From the human T2T-CHM13v2.0 reference genome, Homo sapiens: 64,000 nt of DNA. A program made the translations under genes and the position numbers. The stretch is from NCBI RefSeq assembly GCF_009914755.1, contig NC_060942.1, one strand, 5' to 3'. Positions 1 to 15,550 of this stretch are shown in pieces. Numbering within the stretch: position 1 is the first letter of the stretch; each line of letters begins with the position of its first letter. Below the pieces are notes generated by a model. That model was not told where the DNA came from and did no database searches. It saw only the letters and a list, made by a program, of their open reading frames with translations.

Positions 1-920
<920 letters not shown>

Positions 921-969
921 GAAGACTCTGGCCTTGTATAGCTTACATTTGTCTGTGAGAAAATAAATA

Positions 970-1400
970 AAATATTTAGAATATCAGCTAGTGATAAGTG
1001 TTAAGAAGAAAACATAAGTCAGGAATATAGGAGGAGGTGCAGGCTGGAAATATAAGTTTGGAAATTTTCAGCATGTATAAATGCTTAAAGTCCTGAGCTT
1101 TGAATGAGCCATGGTTACGTTCATCTAGGGAATGAGTATAAATAGAAAATAGACTGAATTCTGAACTCTGGGGTCCTCAGACCTCTGGCTGAGAGGTTGG
1201 AGAAATGAGGACAATTCAAAAAATAATTCTGAAAAGTCAGTGAGGGAGCAGGAAAGCCCGTAGTAGCAGGAAGTCCCTAAATCCAGAGACAAACCCATTT
1301 CAAAGAGGGAGTGATCACAAATGTCCATTTATGCTCACAGCCTAGTAAATTCAGTACTGAAGATGGGCCATTAGATTTAGCATCTAAATATCTGACCTCA
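970..1400 (-). mobile_element. Degraded L2 fragments
   Basis: L2-like motifs (CAGGCTGGAAATATAAGTTTGG, TTTCAAAGAGGGAGTGATCA). Confidence 0.5.
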
Positions 1401-1921
1401 TGCTCCTCCCGGCTTCTGATCTCCAGCTGGAGTCTTGCATGATTGAATCCAGTCTAGAGCCAGAGGGCAAGGAAGCCCACAGAGGCAGTCCAGAATGGAG
1501 AGGGCCTATGGGAGAGCACCCAGAAGACAGCTGTCACAGGAATCTTGCCTCCTTCAATCCCCATCCTTTTGGAGCACAGAGTTCAGAAATGTAGGGACTG
1601 TGTTTCATTAGAGCCAGAGTAAAGCTATCATCACCATCTTCATCTTCTTCATTCTCATCATCATTCTTGTTTACCCAAAAGGAATCTTAATCATTCAAGG
1701 TGCCTTGTTTCACTGTGGCAGAGCCAGGATAACATCCCAAGCCTTTGGACTCCTGGTTCAGTACATTGCACCATCTTCCCCAACATCTCCCCAGTCACCC
1801 TGCTCCTGTGACCACATGGATGATTTACCTTTATTCATCAGTTAACCCATTCTCATGGCTGGAAGTTTACAATAAGGACCCCTGCACAGAAATCCCCCAA
1901 GTCTGCACACTCTGTAGCTGT

Positions 1922-1956
1922 TTGTTCTTTCTTTTTTTTTTCTTTTTTTTTTTCTT

Positions 1957-1987
<31 letters not shown>

Positions 1988-2268
1988 GACAGAGTCTCAC
2001 TCTGTCACCCAGGCTGGAGTGCAGTGGGGCAATCTCGGCTCACTGCAAGCTCCCTCCCAGGTTCACACCATTCTCCTGCCTCAGCCTCCTGAGTAGCTGG
2101 GACTACAGGCACCCGCCACCACGCCCCGCTAATTTTGTTTTGGTATTTTTAGTAGAGATGGAGTTTCACCATGTTAGCCAGGATGGTCTCAATCTCCTGA
2201 TCTCGTGATCTGCCTGCCTTGGCCTCCCAAAGTGCTGGGATTACAGGCATGAGCCACCAGTCCAGGCC
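1922..2268 (-). mobile_element. Alu (AluY-like) with a T-rich tail of about 65 nt
   Basis: Reverse-complement Alu with Y-type diagnostics (GCAAGCTCC, CCATTCTCC, AGCCAGGATGGTCTC). Confidence 0.95.
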
Positions 2269-2669
2269 CATTCTTTATTATTTGTACCACATGTGGCATC
2301 ATCCTAAAGTCACTGGAAACTGGGAGCACAAGGGCCACACTAGGTCCTGAAGAAATCCCGAGGTGAGTGGGAACTGTCATTACCAATAAAGAGCTACCTC
2401 ATTTAAGTGGTCTCTCCTTTCAGCAGAGCACAGTGTGCTGCTGCCATGGCTGCTGCCAGCAAAGGCTGCCTTCCAGATCGGCTCCTTTCTGGACATGTGC
2501 AAGGAAATGTCCTGGGCAGGCAAAGTTTCCATTGGTTTTCAGATGAAGGGGCTGTTTTCCAGGGGTTGATCCCAGGAAACATAAAAGTGGAGACCACCTG
2601 GGGCTTCAGTCCACCCTGTGATGTTATTCTTGAAGATTAAGATAATTTAGGAAGAGTAATAAAAAATAT

Positions 2670-3340
2670 GAGCTAATATTTGTTGTGTGTTTGTTATGTC
2701 AGGCACTGTTCTAAGCACTTTGTGTGTGTGTTCAGGCTGAATCATTGGAACAGCTTTTGGAGGGACATGCATGTATTACCCTGACAGTCCAGTCACTCCA
2801 CTGCCCCACTCATCTGGATGACTGTGTCACTCCTCCTCTCTCCCAAAGCTGCAGGGGTACCACCTTCCTCATTCTTGCTGTCATCTGATGACTCCACTAA
2901 GAAAGTACAAGAAACCAGAACAGAACTTCCCCAGCTGCACGTCTTCTACCACCAGAGAGTCTGTGTCAACATGACTCCCCTCCTGCTGCCATGGAAGATG
3001 GCCAGCCCTTGTGCATGCGCAGTGGACCCTATCCGCTCTTGCCTACTCTAGGGCATCGCATCAGTGGTTCTCCTCTCCCCCATCATCATGTTGTTACTCT
3101 CTGCTAGTTCACTCCCTACAGCCTACCAACATGCTTTAATTTTTCCCATGTTAAAAAAATTCCACTCTTGACTCCGTATACTCCTCCAGTTACCACCTTG
3201 GTTTTCAGTCCCCATTTACAGCAAAAATCCTTGAAAGAGTTATTTATTCTTGATCTCTCCAATTCTCCCCCAAATCTATCCTACTGGGGCTTTTGCCTAC
3301 ACCCTTCCATAGAACCCAGTCCTGCCAAGATTACCAGTGA
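2670..3340. mobile_element. MIR followed by L2 fragments
   Basis: AGGCACTGTTCTAAGCACTTT (MIR); TTACAGCAAAAATCCTTGAAAGAGTT and GCCAAGATTACCAGTGAC (L2). Confidence 0.55.
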
Positions 3341-3432
3341 CTTACCTAAGGGGCCTTGTACCCTGGGATGCTGTGGGGAGCTTCTGTCCTTTGCTAAGAT
3401 TGAGTGGGGGAGGGAACTGCCTAGAGCTGCCT

Positions 3433-3590
3433 CACTCTCTCATCTTCTTCCCCTATTCCCTCCACCTTCCCTTCTCTCTCCCCAACAGTCTCTACCTCCT
3501 ACTCTCCCCACTCCCTCTCCATTTCCCTTTCCCCTTCTTCTTCCCTCCTCTCCCTACCTGCTCTCATCCCACCCCATTTCCACCCCATCC
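3433..3590. repeat. CT-rich low-complexity tract
   Basis: Strongly pyrimidine-rich + strand. It explains the Pro/Leu/Ser-rich ORFs here. Confidence 0.75.
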
Positions 3591-3819
3591 ATAAGAGGTG
3601 GGCTGTGTGGAGCATGGGTCTCAGAGCCAGAGACACAGGCTTGCACCCTGGTTCTGCCACTCAGCAGCTGAGAGACATGGGTGAGTTGCTTGGCTCTCAG
3701 GGTTCAGTTCACTCCTCGGTGAGAGGAGAAACTAATGCCTCATGGTGTTCTCCAGAGGGGTCGGGAGACCATGTTGGTGTCAGGTCAAATGCAACTCTTA
3801 GTGTGTCATTTGCTCGTAG

Positions 3820-4283
3820 TTTTCCTCTCTGTGGCACTGTCTAAAGCTTCCAGAACAAATCACCACAAATTGGAGGACTTAAAAGGCAGAAATTTATTCT
3901 CTCACAGCTCTGGAAGCTAAAAGTCCAAAATCAAGATGTTGGCAGCATTGGTTCCTTCTGGTGACTCTGAGGGAGAATCTGTTCTGTGCCTCTCCACTGG
4001 CTTCTGATCGTGGCTCACAGTTCTTGGGGTTCCTTGGCTTGTGACCACATCACTCCAACCTCTGCCTCCATCATCACACGGCCTTCTTCTCTCCGTGCCT
4101 CTGTGTCCAAATTCCCCTCTTCCTATAAGGACACAGTCATTGGACGGGAGCCCACCGTAATCCAGTATGACCTCATCTTAACTTGACTACATCTGACCTT
4201 ATTTCCAAATTAGGCCACATTCGCAGGTACTGAGGGTTAGAACATCATATATTTTGGGCAGGGACACAATTCAACCTACAACA
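3820..4283 (-). mobile_element. MaLR solo LTR (MLT1B/C-like)
   Basis: CAGAAATTTATTCTCTCACAGCTCTGG, CCTCATCTTAACTTGACTACATCTG, terminus ACACAATTCAACCTACAACA. Confidence 0.88.
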
Positions 4284-4554
4284 TTGTCCTGAAAGTTTGT
4301 GCCCATTGAACTGCAGGCAACACCTGGGAGGTGCTCACAGATTAAGCAGAGTGGAGCGCCATAGGGGTAGTCAAAGAAAAGGCTGTGCTGGGAAGGAGGC
4401 CTGAGCCTTAAGCCCTGCAGGAAACACATGAGTACAAGTGACAACCTGGGCTTCAGGAGGAAGATGGAAGTGGGTTGAAGCCCAGCTCCCCGATTTGCTG
4501 CGGTGAGCCTTAAACTTTTCAGGGAATCACAGATGCTCCCCCCTCAGAAAAGTA

Positions 4555-4556
<2 letters not shown>

Positions 4557-4602
<46 letters not shown>
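4557..4602. repeat. (CA)23 microsatellite
   Basis: Perfect dinucleotide run. Confidence 0.97.
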
Positions 4603-4603
<1 letters not shown>

Positions 4604-5159
4604 CTGAGCTTATGATTTCAGGGGTTCATGGATCTCAAACACCTGAATCTCAGAAGAACTCCTGACTTCCACACTTTGTGACAGTAGACAAGTTATTTAG
4701 TCTCTCCGACCTTCAGTTTCTGCACTGATGACATGGGGATGTGGTCATTACCTGCAGGCTGTTAGGAAGATGTGTGAGAATTCAGTGTGGTGACATCTGC
4801 ACGTGGCGCAGTTCTGATCTCCAGGGACCCCAGGGAATGGCAGTCATTGCTCCTGGTTCTCTTGCCACCCTTCTTTCCTCCCCACTGCCTGCTGCTCCTG
4901 CTCCCTGGGCATGGACTCTCATTTCCCTCTCCCTCTCCCTCTCCCTTTCCCAGTTGGGCTGGAGATCTTCAGCCTATTGGGCTTGAAGAAGGTAGAAGCC
5001 GGGGCAGAGAAGAAGTGTAGGGTGATGAGGCGATGCCCTACTTCTCTCATCCATTACCATTAGAAATGCCTTTCTGCAAGACGTCCCAGCTGACATGGAC
5101 TGGGAACCATATTTTTAAAAAATAAACATCAGACCTTAAACAACATATCATGGGCACTG

Positions 5160-6009
<850 letters not shown>

Positions 6010-6224
6010 TAATAGAAGATGCAGAGCTTGTGGATGAGTCAAGCTTCAATGCAATGATCCAATTGTGAAACACAGTGCGCAAAAGATTGCTTAATCCTAA
6101 ATTGTAAATTAAGGGGAAAATGTATCATTAATGAGAGCAGACAAGAGAAATGCCTAATTCTAAATTGAGAGTGGAGAATGAGGGCAGGAAACTGGGGATG
6201 GTTGCTTAGAGGAGACGCCAATAA

Positions 6225-6480
6225 TAAAGTGAACACATCTTCAGCGTTTAGTATATGCCCGACACAATGCTAAGTGCATCACATGCATTAACTCACTGAA
6301 CCCCTTCAGTCGTCCCGTCATAGTTACTGCAAGTTCCCATTTGGTGGTGAGGAAACTGACGCACAGAGAGGTTAAGTAACTTTTCCTAGGTCATTAACTT
6401 TGTTCACTGGTCCCTGAACTAACTTGATTCTGGTTGACTTCAGACCCATTCTGTTACTTAATCCCTGGCCATTCCTCCTC
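6225..6480 (-). mobile_element. MIR
   Basis: GAGGAAACTGACGCACAGAGAGGTTAAGTAACTT core. Confidence 0.85.
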
Positions 6481-7189
6481 CCTAACCTCATAAAACAAAA
6501 CTTTCTAAGAAGACAAATATGAGTTCCCCAGATGGTGAAGCTAGAGAAAGGAAGTTAGTAAGTTCAGGCAGAAGGGGCAGCAAATCAGAAGGAGATAAGA
6601 AGGATCAAATACACCTTCTAGAAATGTATTAGCAGGTTTAGGCAGGAGGCAGTTAGGACCTCTGTTAGTTGGTCCAAAAATAAAGGAAGAGGCAAATTGA
6701 AAATATGTATATACATTATTTTCAAAAGAGGAAATATTAGTATTAACATTAATATAATTAATGATGGATGGGTATTTCCAGAACTGAGTTTCATGTCATC
6801 AGCCTTAAGAAAAACTGAGTTTCTATAAAGGATTCTTGAGATTTGGAAATGAATCTAGAAAGCCATTCAGTGTCCAAGCGAGTTGGCTCACAGGCCATAC
6901 TTGTAGTTCCTCCATATCTGCCAGTCAATATTCTCCATTCTCTGCCTCCATGTTCCAGAGGGAACTAGGAGTCTTCCTCTTGGTCACCACATAGGCTATT
7001 GATCAATGGGTGGGCGGACCACAGTCATGGGTGCACAGCCCAGCACTGCTTCCCACCAAGGGCCATAGGCAGGGCAGAATCAGCTAAATAGACCCTAACA
7101 CAAGGCAGGATAACAAAGAAGGGAGAATCAAAGCTGACCCAAAGAACTGGGAAGATGAGGTTCCTGGAAGCAGCAAAGTGGATGGAGAA

Positions 7190-7750
7190 CATTTAAAAGA
7201 ACAAGTTTGTAGGAGGAAGGAAGGTGTTCAGTTTTGAATAGCTGGTTTTGAGAAGATGATGGTACATCCAAGAGATGGCATTAGAGGGGCAGAACTAGAA
7301 TGCAGGGCAGGACTTTATACACAGAGATGAGATTCAGTCACATTGATGTGACCATTCATTCCATTATTGAGAGTGTATCTGGCACTGTCCTAGGTTCTAG
7401 AGCTGCAGCCATGATTAGAATAAAGCCTCTGCCCTTGTGCAGCATGCAATCGAATATCCAAGCCCTTGAAAAGAAATGATCCTCTGCACAACTCTCCATA
7501 CTATTTTCTGTATCCTGTGTGACCATGCAAAGAAAAGGGTGAGGCTGAGTTGGGAAAACACAACGAAGATGGTGAACAAATGAAAACTGAAACAGGGAAA
7601 GCACCATCGGAGAACAGAGAATCGAGAAAGTGTCATTTTATGGAAGCCAAAAGAGGAATGAGTTTAAAGAAGAAATTAGTATCAAATGGCCCCAGGCTAG
7701 CAGCAAAGAAAAAGTCATGAAATTTGACATGAGGGTTGCCATTGGTAAGC
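7190..7750 (-). mobile_element. L2 fragments
   Basis: GTTCAGTTTTGAATAGCTGGTTTTGAG, GGTACATCCAAG, GTGTCATTTTATGGAAGCCAA. Confidence 0.55.
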
Positions 7751-7754
7751 TTCT

Positions 7755-7935
7755 AGCAATGGTTTTTGATCCTTACTGTGCATCAGAATCACCTGAGGAG
7801 CTTTGAAATACACAGATGCCTGGGAGCTAATTTCGAGATCCAGACTCAATTGGTCTGAAGTGAGACTTGGGCACCAGTATTATGTTTCAGTGACTCTGAT
7901 GATGCTAAGAGGCAGGTAGAGTCAAGAAACACTGC
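7755..7935. mobile_element. MER5A-type hAT-Charlie DNA transposon
   Basis: GCATCAGAATCACCTGAGGAGCTTTG...AGAAACACTG. Confidence 0.8.
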
Positions 7936-8017
7936 TTTAAAGAAAGGGATTCCAGCAAATGTTCATTGGCTCCATTTAGCCTTTCCACAATGTGTACATA
8001 TTTCAAAACATCAAGTT

Positions 8018-8130
8018 AAATGACGAGTTAATGGGTGCAGCACACCAGCATGGCACATGTATACATACATAACTAACCTGCACATTGTGCACATGTACCC
8101 TAAAACTTAAAGTATAATAATAATAATAAT
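8018..8130 (+). mobile_element. Very short young L1PA2/3-type 3' end with a perfect 13-bp TSD, nested in an L1MA 3' fragment (about 7970-8190)
   Basis: AATGACGAGTTAATGGGTGCAGCACACCAGCATGG...CTTAAAGTATAATAA. TSD AAAACATCAAGTT at 8005-8017 and 8131-8143. Confidence 0.93.
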
Positions 8131-11100
8131 AAAACATCAAGTTGTACACCATAAATATATACAGGTGTGATTTGTCAATTTAAATAATTAATTAAGGGAG
8201 CTCTGACAAGGAAAATAAGGAAGTGATTCTTGTAGAGTGATAGCAGTAGAAGCTAAATTGCAGAGATTAAAAAGAAGGGTGTGTTTTTTTCATAGAGAGA
8301 CTAGCAGTCTTAACATCAGACATGGATGTTTAGCCTCAGTCTCCTGCCTTACTGTGTGATTTAACCTCTTTGTGTCTTATCTGTGAAATCAGGATAGAAA
8401 TACTTGCTGTGCCCAACTCACAGTTTCCTTGGGAGGTCAAGATGGGATAATACATGTGAGAGTACTTTGAAAAAAGATTGAAGTGCTATAAAAAATGTAA
8501 GATTTATATGGTTGTCAGATTTTTTTCCCCAAAGATGGTCCTGAAGATAGTGATTATCAACTGTAAAGACCTACATGGAACCAGCATCCCTTTCCACACT
8601 GAGCTCACAAAGTCAGCACCCTTTGATAAGTGCTCACAGCTACTATCCAAAGGTCTAATGCTGTTTGCAACTCTCGCTTTTTCACAGCTAGCTTTGCACT
8701 GGGTCTATAATAGATGCAGTTTCCATAGTCTTGCAAATTTTGCCTAAAATTGCTGAACAACACAGCCTTCTGGCATAACACTACAGTTGAAGGATGCTGC
8801 TGTAAAGGTTAAAAAGGAAGTTTACTGTGATATGATCCCCATTAGATTGTCAACCCTGTGGTTATAGAGAAAAGGGAAAGCAGAACAGATTGAGAGACAT
8901 CTGTGAGAGCAAGCAATGCTGCAGTATCTGAAGAGCCTGATTTCTCAGGCAGATGGGGAAGGATTGGCAAAGATCTGAGCCAAACCCAGCAGTTTTTTTC
9001 AGTGACCACCTTGAGGTCTATTTGAGTACTTGGATATGCCCACCTACATAATATATGCCATGCTGGGTCTCCAAGTAACGAAGCAATACTTCTCTCAATC
9101 TTCTGCAAACTCTGACTGCCCTTGGGGTAACACCTGGACCCAGGTGAGAAATGGAACTTCTTTGCGGTGACTAAGGTCCAGGAGAGAGGCTTTCTTCAAT
9201 CATAGATGATCTTAGATGTGAAGAGTAGGATTACAAAGTGCTTTCTACTCACTTTCAGGCTGACATTTTCCTTAGGGGAAGATACCAAAAAAATACAATT
9301 CTTTGTCAAGGTAATAGCATACCTAATAGTTCAGCTTCTTTTTTCCAATTAGCAGCTTGAATTCAGAGCAAAAAGAAAATGAAGGACAAACTGCTAACTA
9401 GTAGTGAAGCCAGGTGTCAGATAACTGGAGAAAGCATCAGAGGTATCCCCGGGAAGATCAGTTACCTCCATCTCTCCTCTGAGCCTGCCCTGGCTCCTTC
9501 TACTCTGGTTGCAATTAGGATGAAGGTGCTAATTACATTCTCCACCAGCAGAAAGGCTCACTTCAAAACTGCCCTTCTCCAAACCGAAGTACAGACACCA
9601 AAGCCAGCCACCCCCTCATCTTACACCACCTCCAACAGGACTCAGAGCTTTTTTCATGTAAAACCACAGGACAAAATGGGATTTTGAAATGAAGATATAA
9701 GGTTGCTTCACAAGGGTACAAGGATCTTCTTATCCAGTGAGAAGTCACTTTCCCTGTGCTCAAACATCCTTGTAAAAATCCAGGAGGAGAAAGGGGCACA
9801 TAAGCCAATGGAAATACCAAGTCCATGGCTCCTTTCTTAATGACAAATAACTACTTTGAAGAAGGATCCTTCATGCCCCAGGGTACGGGAGCCTAAATCT
9901 CTGGCTTGGGAGGAAATGAGGAATAATACTGTAGTCATTCAGTCCTTTACTAAAATCTCACTGTTTAAAAAGCTGCTGTTATCTTGGCCAAGTTATTTAA
10001 CCTCCCTGAGTATCTTTCTCCTATATTAATGGAAAAGAATAAAAATATTATCATACAGCATTATTGTGAGCATGATTTGAGATAGAACATGCAGGGCCAT
10101 AATGTCAAACATGGTGTAACTCAATCTTTTTTTTTTTTTTTTTTTTTTTTTTGCTGCTACTGAGACTGAGTTTTTCAATATTAGAAAGTCCGGTGACCTC
10201 CTTACTATGTGAATTCCCTGTGAACACAAGACAAGAAATCTCAGCCTGGAGTATGTGCTTATAATTGGAGCAGGGGGCCCAGAGCCCAGGGAAGGGAGTG
10301 CTTAGCAGTTTATTCTTCAACAATTCCTATCGTTTCATCTGTGGAAGCAGTACTCATCAATAAATCAGCAAGTGACAGGACATTTTTCAAAACTGCATGG
10401 AAATGTTACCATTTTATACCGTTATAATCATACACAAACAAAAGAGTATTTTTCCCCTGCTCTCAAAGATACGTTGTTGACACAGTTTCAGAAGCACAAG
10501 GCACAAAAACTGCCCCAAAACTCAAGATGAAGGCTAAAATTAGATTTTTTTCAAACACCTCCCCTGACAGTACCTAGTAATGTTATTGTGGCTGTTGTAA
10601 CCGTGGGTGATTGCCTATACACACAGTTGGTGCAATGAAGAGACACAATAGCTTAAAACTAAACTGTAAGATTATTTTTCAAGTAGCTTCTCCAAGTATA
10701 ATACCTCAGCTTCTAGAAAAAGTAATCGCTGCTAACATTTGAAAAGTCAAAATTCTATGCAAGGGTCTGGGAGATTAACACGATTGAGCATAATAGCTCC
10801 TTTCAAACCATTTCCTAGGGACTAGGCTGCAAAAAGCCTTAAGCTTGAAGATGGCTTTCCAAATATATTTTATTTATTCAATGAAGAAAAAGACTATTTG
10901 AAGTTTCCATATTCCTTTCACATACAGACACTTCACTGAGCTTTAAGAGAAGCATTCGTCTGTAGGCGCAAAATGAGTAATTCCCCAGCTTCTAGAAAAT
11001 GCAATCAGTGCAAACATCTGAAATGTTAAAATGTTGTGCAAAATGTCTTTTGTAGAGATATAGAAAAAAAAACCCTGAAGTAAATATCATTTTAAACTGG

Positions 11101-13472
11101 TCTCAGCATTTATGTTTAAAAATGAATACATACTCATATGCTTAGTATCTGATGCATAGATCATCTCCGGACAGCAACAGCAGCTGCTTCTTGGGAGGGT
11201 AACTGAGGCCCTGAGAGATAACAGTGGGAGGGCGTTTGTTCACAGTGCATCCTTCCTTGGCTTTATATTTTGTACTGTGTGCATGTATTAATATTAATCT
11301 AACTTAATCTAACCACTTAATTTAATTAAACATGGCCTCTTCAATAAGCGAGTCAGCTCATCCATCCCGGTGGAGCAGATCTTTCTCCACCATCAGTACT
11401 GGATGCTGACCTTCTCCCTGGCCTGGACCTCAGGGATGCCGTACAGCAAACTTCCCTGACTTCTTTTCACACTGAGCACTAGGTGGGTGCTGTGCTGGCA
11501 CTAAAAGGATACAATGAACATAAGAGGTTGTCTCAGGGCCGTCTGCACAGGATTGCTAGCCCTCCCTTCCCAGGCTCCTGCCTTACTCAGCTTTCTCCAG
11601 GGACCACAGGAGGCCTCTGCATATCTTATGTACCACTCTGGTCCTTTCCTTGTTGCCCCCAACCCCTCTACCCTTGCCAACGTGCACTCCCTTCCTCAGG
11701 AACTCTGAGACACAATGAATAAGGGAGAAGGTGAAAGCCCCTCTTCCTCTGGGCTCTGGAGTACCAGTGAAACACACTGGGGCCAAATCCTCTTCTGGAA
11801 CACACTAACAATATGACCTTGATAAAGTCAACCTCACTGAGCCTGATTCTGAACTCTTGAAATGGTGGTGGTCATTATATCCTCAGGGGAATGGAATAGA
11901 GATTGAATGAGATCAGTTATGTAAAATGCCCAGTGTTACACTCAACACATAGCATGTGAGCAGTAAGTGTTGGATGATATCATCGTCATCATTGTCAGTA
12001 GAAGCAATGGTAGTTCTCACTGCCAAAACATGATTGTTTCAACCTCCGCAGGCCTGTACACATCTCCAGCTCTCTGACCTGGGACTCACTTACACACAGT
12101 GTGGATTAGCAGAAAGGGTGGGCTTTCCAGCCAGAGGGGCTTTACCTTGAGCAAGTCCTTAACTTCTTTTAATGTCAATTTCTTTAACTATAAAGTGAGA
12201 ATAATTTTATACCTTCCTCATAGGAGTGGGGCAAAGATTATAGATAATATCTACAATGCCCTAGCACCTAAGTGCCCTACATATCTTGGCTGTTTTGACT
12301 TTACTCCAAGGGGGCTGATCTATTTACTGGCTCCTGTCAAGACTTGCCCTCTTCTGCCTCCACATCTTTGTTCAGTTCTGTTGCCCTCCCTGCCCCGTCC
12401 TCTCTTTCCACCTCCATCTCTGGAAACTTTCATGCCTCTGTTTCATCTGAGAGATTTTATGACACTTTCTCTGACCACAGTGAATTTTCCCACAATTGAA
12501 TTCGTAGACTGCTTATCTTCTGTAGGGAAATAGGAGGTGCAAATCCAGAAGACTCCAAGACCCTTCCTCTGAGTCCTCTGTTAGACTTATTAGAAATCAA
12601 GGTGTTAGGCAACAGCCGGCAGAAAGGACTCCGGTCACATGCAGCCAAAGAGCAGCTCCTCAGTGGACTCACTCTGAGCTCCCCACACGATGATCTCTGT
12701 GTTGCCTGGGAGGGGTCACTTGCCCTCCTGAAAGTCAACTCCCTGATGCCTTATTCAGGGGTGTCTCATAAAATAAAATGGCCAATTGGTTCATTGATAA
12801 ATTAAGGCACACTGGGGCTTCTAGCACGTGGACAGACTGCAGGGCCACGAGGCGCGTCGGCTGACATCCGCAGGAGCAGCTGGTGTCTCACCTCCCCACG
12901 GGCCTGGCTCCAGCTGCTTTGACATCCATTCAGTGCAAATCACATTGAGTCACTCCTCTCTGTGAACTTTGGATGGTTCTGAGCAGCGCTGCGAGAGGAT
13001 CCTGACCAAGTCCTCACCATGTCCCACAGGCCCATCCCGATCTGACTGTAGTCTTCTAGGCTTTTCTCTTGCAGCAGTCACCTCCTACCTCTTGCTCTTC
13101 CCCAAGCCCACCATAATCTTTCCTGCTTCTAGTCTTTCCTTTACTTGGAATGGCCTTTCTAAACTTCTGTACCTAATGAATCCTACTCATGCTTTAAAAT
13201 CCAGCTCAAATGTTGTCCCCTATGAAGAACTTTGCTAACCTCCCAGACAAAGCGTGTTGCCCAGTTTTCTCAGCAGTCCTCTAGTGTGGAGCTTTTTGCG
13301 TAGTACCTCTGTTACATTTACATCCTTCTCCCCAACAAGACCATAAGCATCGTGGGGTCAAGGATGATTTTATAACCCCTGAGTCTGCCAAGCATGGTGT
13401 CTGATAACCAACACATTTCATTGCATGAATAATTAAAGAAAACAGAAATAAATGAATGAATAAACAATGCTC

Positions 13473-13735
<263 letters not shown>

Positions 13736-14736
13736 GAACAATGTTGTTTCTAACAAAATACACCACCTTTCCTGGCCTTCCCACCTAAATGGGTTCCTGG
13801 AAATTGTTCTTGGCCAGTATGGGTTGGTGAGGGGCTAGCCAGGGAGCAGAGTCATGTTCGCAAAAGGTGGGCACTCATGAGAGTGGAAGAAGGGAAGTAA
13901 GTTCCTATGTCTAGAATAACACTCTCCTAGAAAACATTACATCTGGGGGATTTTTCATTTCTGTGCTTCTTATTTTCACTCGCCTATACTCTTGCACAGG
14001 ATTGATTTCCAATGAAATTTGATAAGTGATATTTTGTTAAAATGTCCTGATTTTTTTTAATTATTAAATAGCTATAATCCCAGGCCTGAAAAATCCCTTA
14101 TCCAGTAGCTACAGTTGTTTTTTGAAGCACCGCCACCAAAATTATTCCCCTGGTAATTATTGAGCAATCCGTTTTCACCCATAAGCCTGTCACATGTAAT
14201 AAGGATGCCTGCCTGCCTGTTTATTTTCTGGCTAATTTGGTCCCTTTACATCATGTGACCTTCAGTGGCCTGTATGCAATATGAAAATCGTCCTCCTAGG
14301 ACTTTCTTTAGAAGGTTCACAGAGGTGTGCTAAGCATAAGTAATACATCAGTTTTTAAATCCAGGCAGAGCGAACCCATATCAGATGTCTCAGGAAAGCC
14401 TGCAATGCTGTTTTATAAAGGGAACAGAAGAGTTTCTTGATCTTTGCTATTCTCTGCAAGAAAATATCTCACCTAAGTACATCCTTTCGTATGCACTCTG
14501 TAGCAGGACATTTACAGGGTCAGAGAAAAAGACACTAAAAACTTACCCAAGCTGTTAGCTCATATTTATTAACTGCTTAATATAGGCCAGGGTGCAAAGG
14601 CCTTTATATGCTTTGTTTAATCTTCCCCCAAACCCTGGGAGATTTTTATCCCAGTTCTGCAGATTAGCAGACTGAAACACAGAGAAGTTGTAACTTACCC
14701 AAGGTCACCTGGCTGTGGATGCCAGAGTAAGCATTT

Positions 14737-15550
14737 ATTTTAATTGATACATAATAATCATACATATATAGGTACATAGTGATATTTTGATACATACAAT
14801 ACATAGTGATCCCATCAGGGTAATTAGCATATTTGTCATTTCAAACTTGTATCATTTCTTTGTTTTGGGGCATTCAATATCTTCTCTTCTAGGTATATGA
14901 AAATATACAATACATTATTGTAACTATAGTCATCCTATAGTGCTATAGAACACTAGAACTTATTCCTTCTATCCAGCTGTAATTTTGTATCCTTTAATAA
15001 ATATTTTATCCTCTCTCCCCCGTACACTTCCCAGCCTCTAGTATTCTCTGTTCTACTTTTTACTTCTTTGAGATCAGCTTTTTTAGCTTCTGTGTATGAG
15101 TGAGAACATGCGGTGTTTAACTTTCTGTTCCTGGCTTATTTCACTTAACATAATGTCCTCCAGGCTCATTCCTGTTGCTGAGAATGACAGAATTTCATTC
15201 TTACTTATGGATGAATGGGATTCCTTTATGTATATATACCACATTTTCTTTATCCATTCATCTGTTGTTGAATACTTGGGTTGATCCATATCTTGGCTAT
15301 TGTGAACAATGTGGCAATAAACATGGTGGTAGATATCTCTTTGACATACTGATTTCCGTTCCTTTGCATAAACGCCCAGTCATGGGAATACTGGATCTTA
15401 TAATAGTTCAGTTTGTAGTTTTTTTCAGGTACCTCTGTACTGTTCTCCATAGTGGCTGTACTAGAATGCATTCCCACCAACAGTGTATACGAGTTCCCTT
15501 TTCTCTGCATCCTTGCCAGCATTTGTTATTTTTTGTGTTTTTGATAATAC
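14737..15550 (-). mobile_element. L1MA-type 3' fragment inserted into a MIR
   Basis: The minus-strand ORF resembles the L1 ORF2 C-terminus ([11 protein letters not shown]...LSEISQ). TSD CCAGAGTAAGCATTT (14722) and CCAGAGTATGCTTTT (15551). MIR sequence continues on both sides. Confidence 0.9.
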
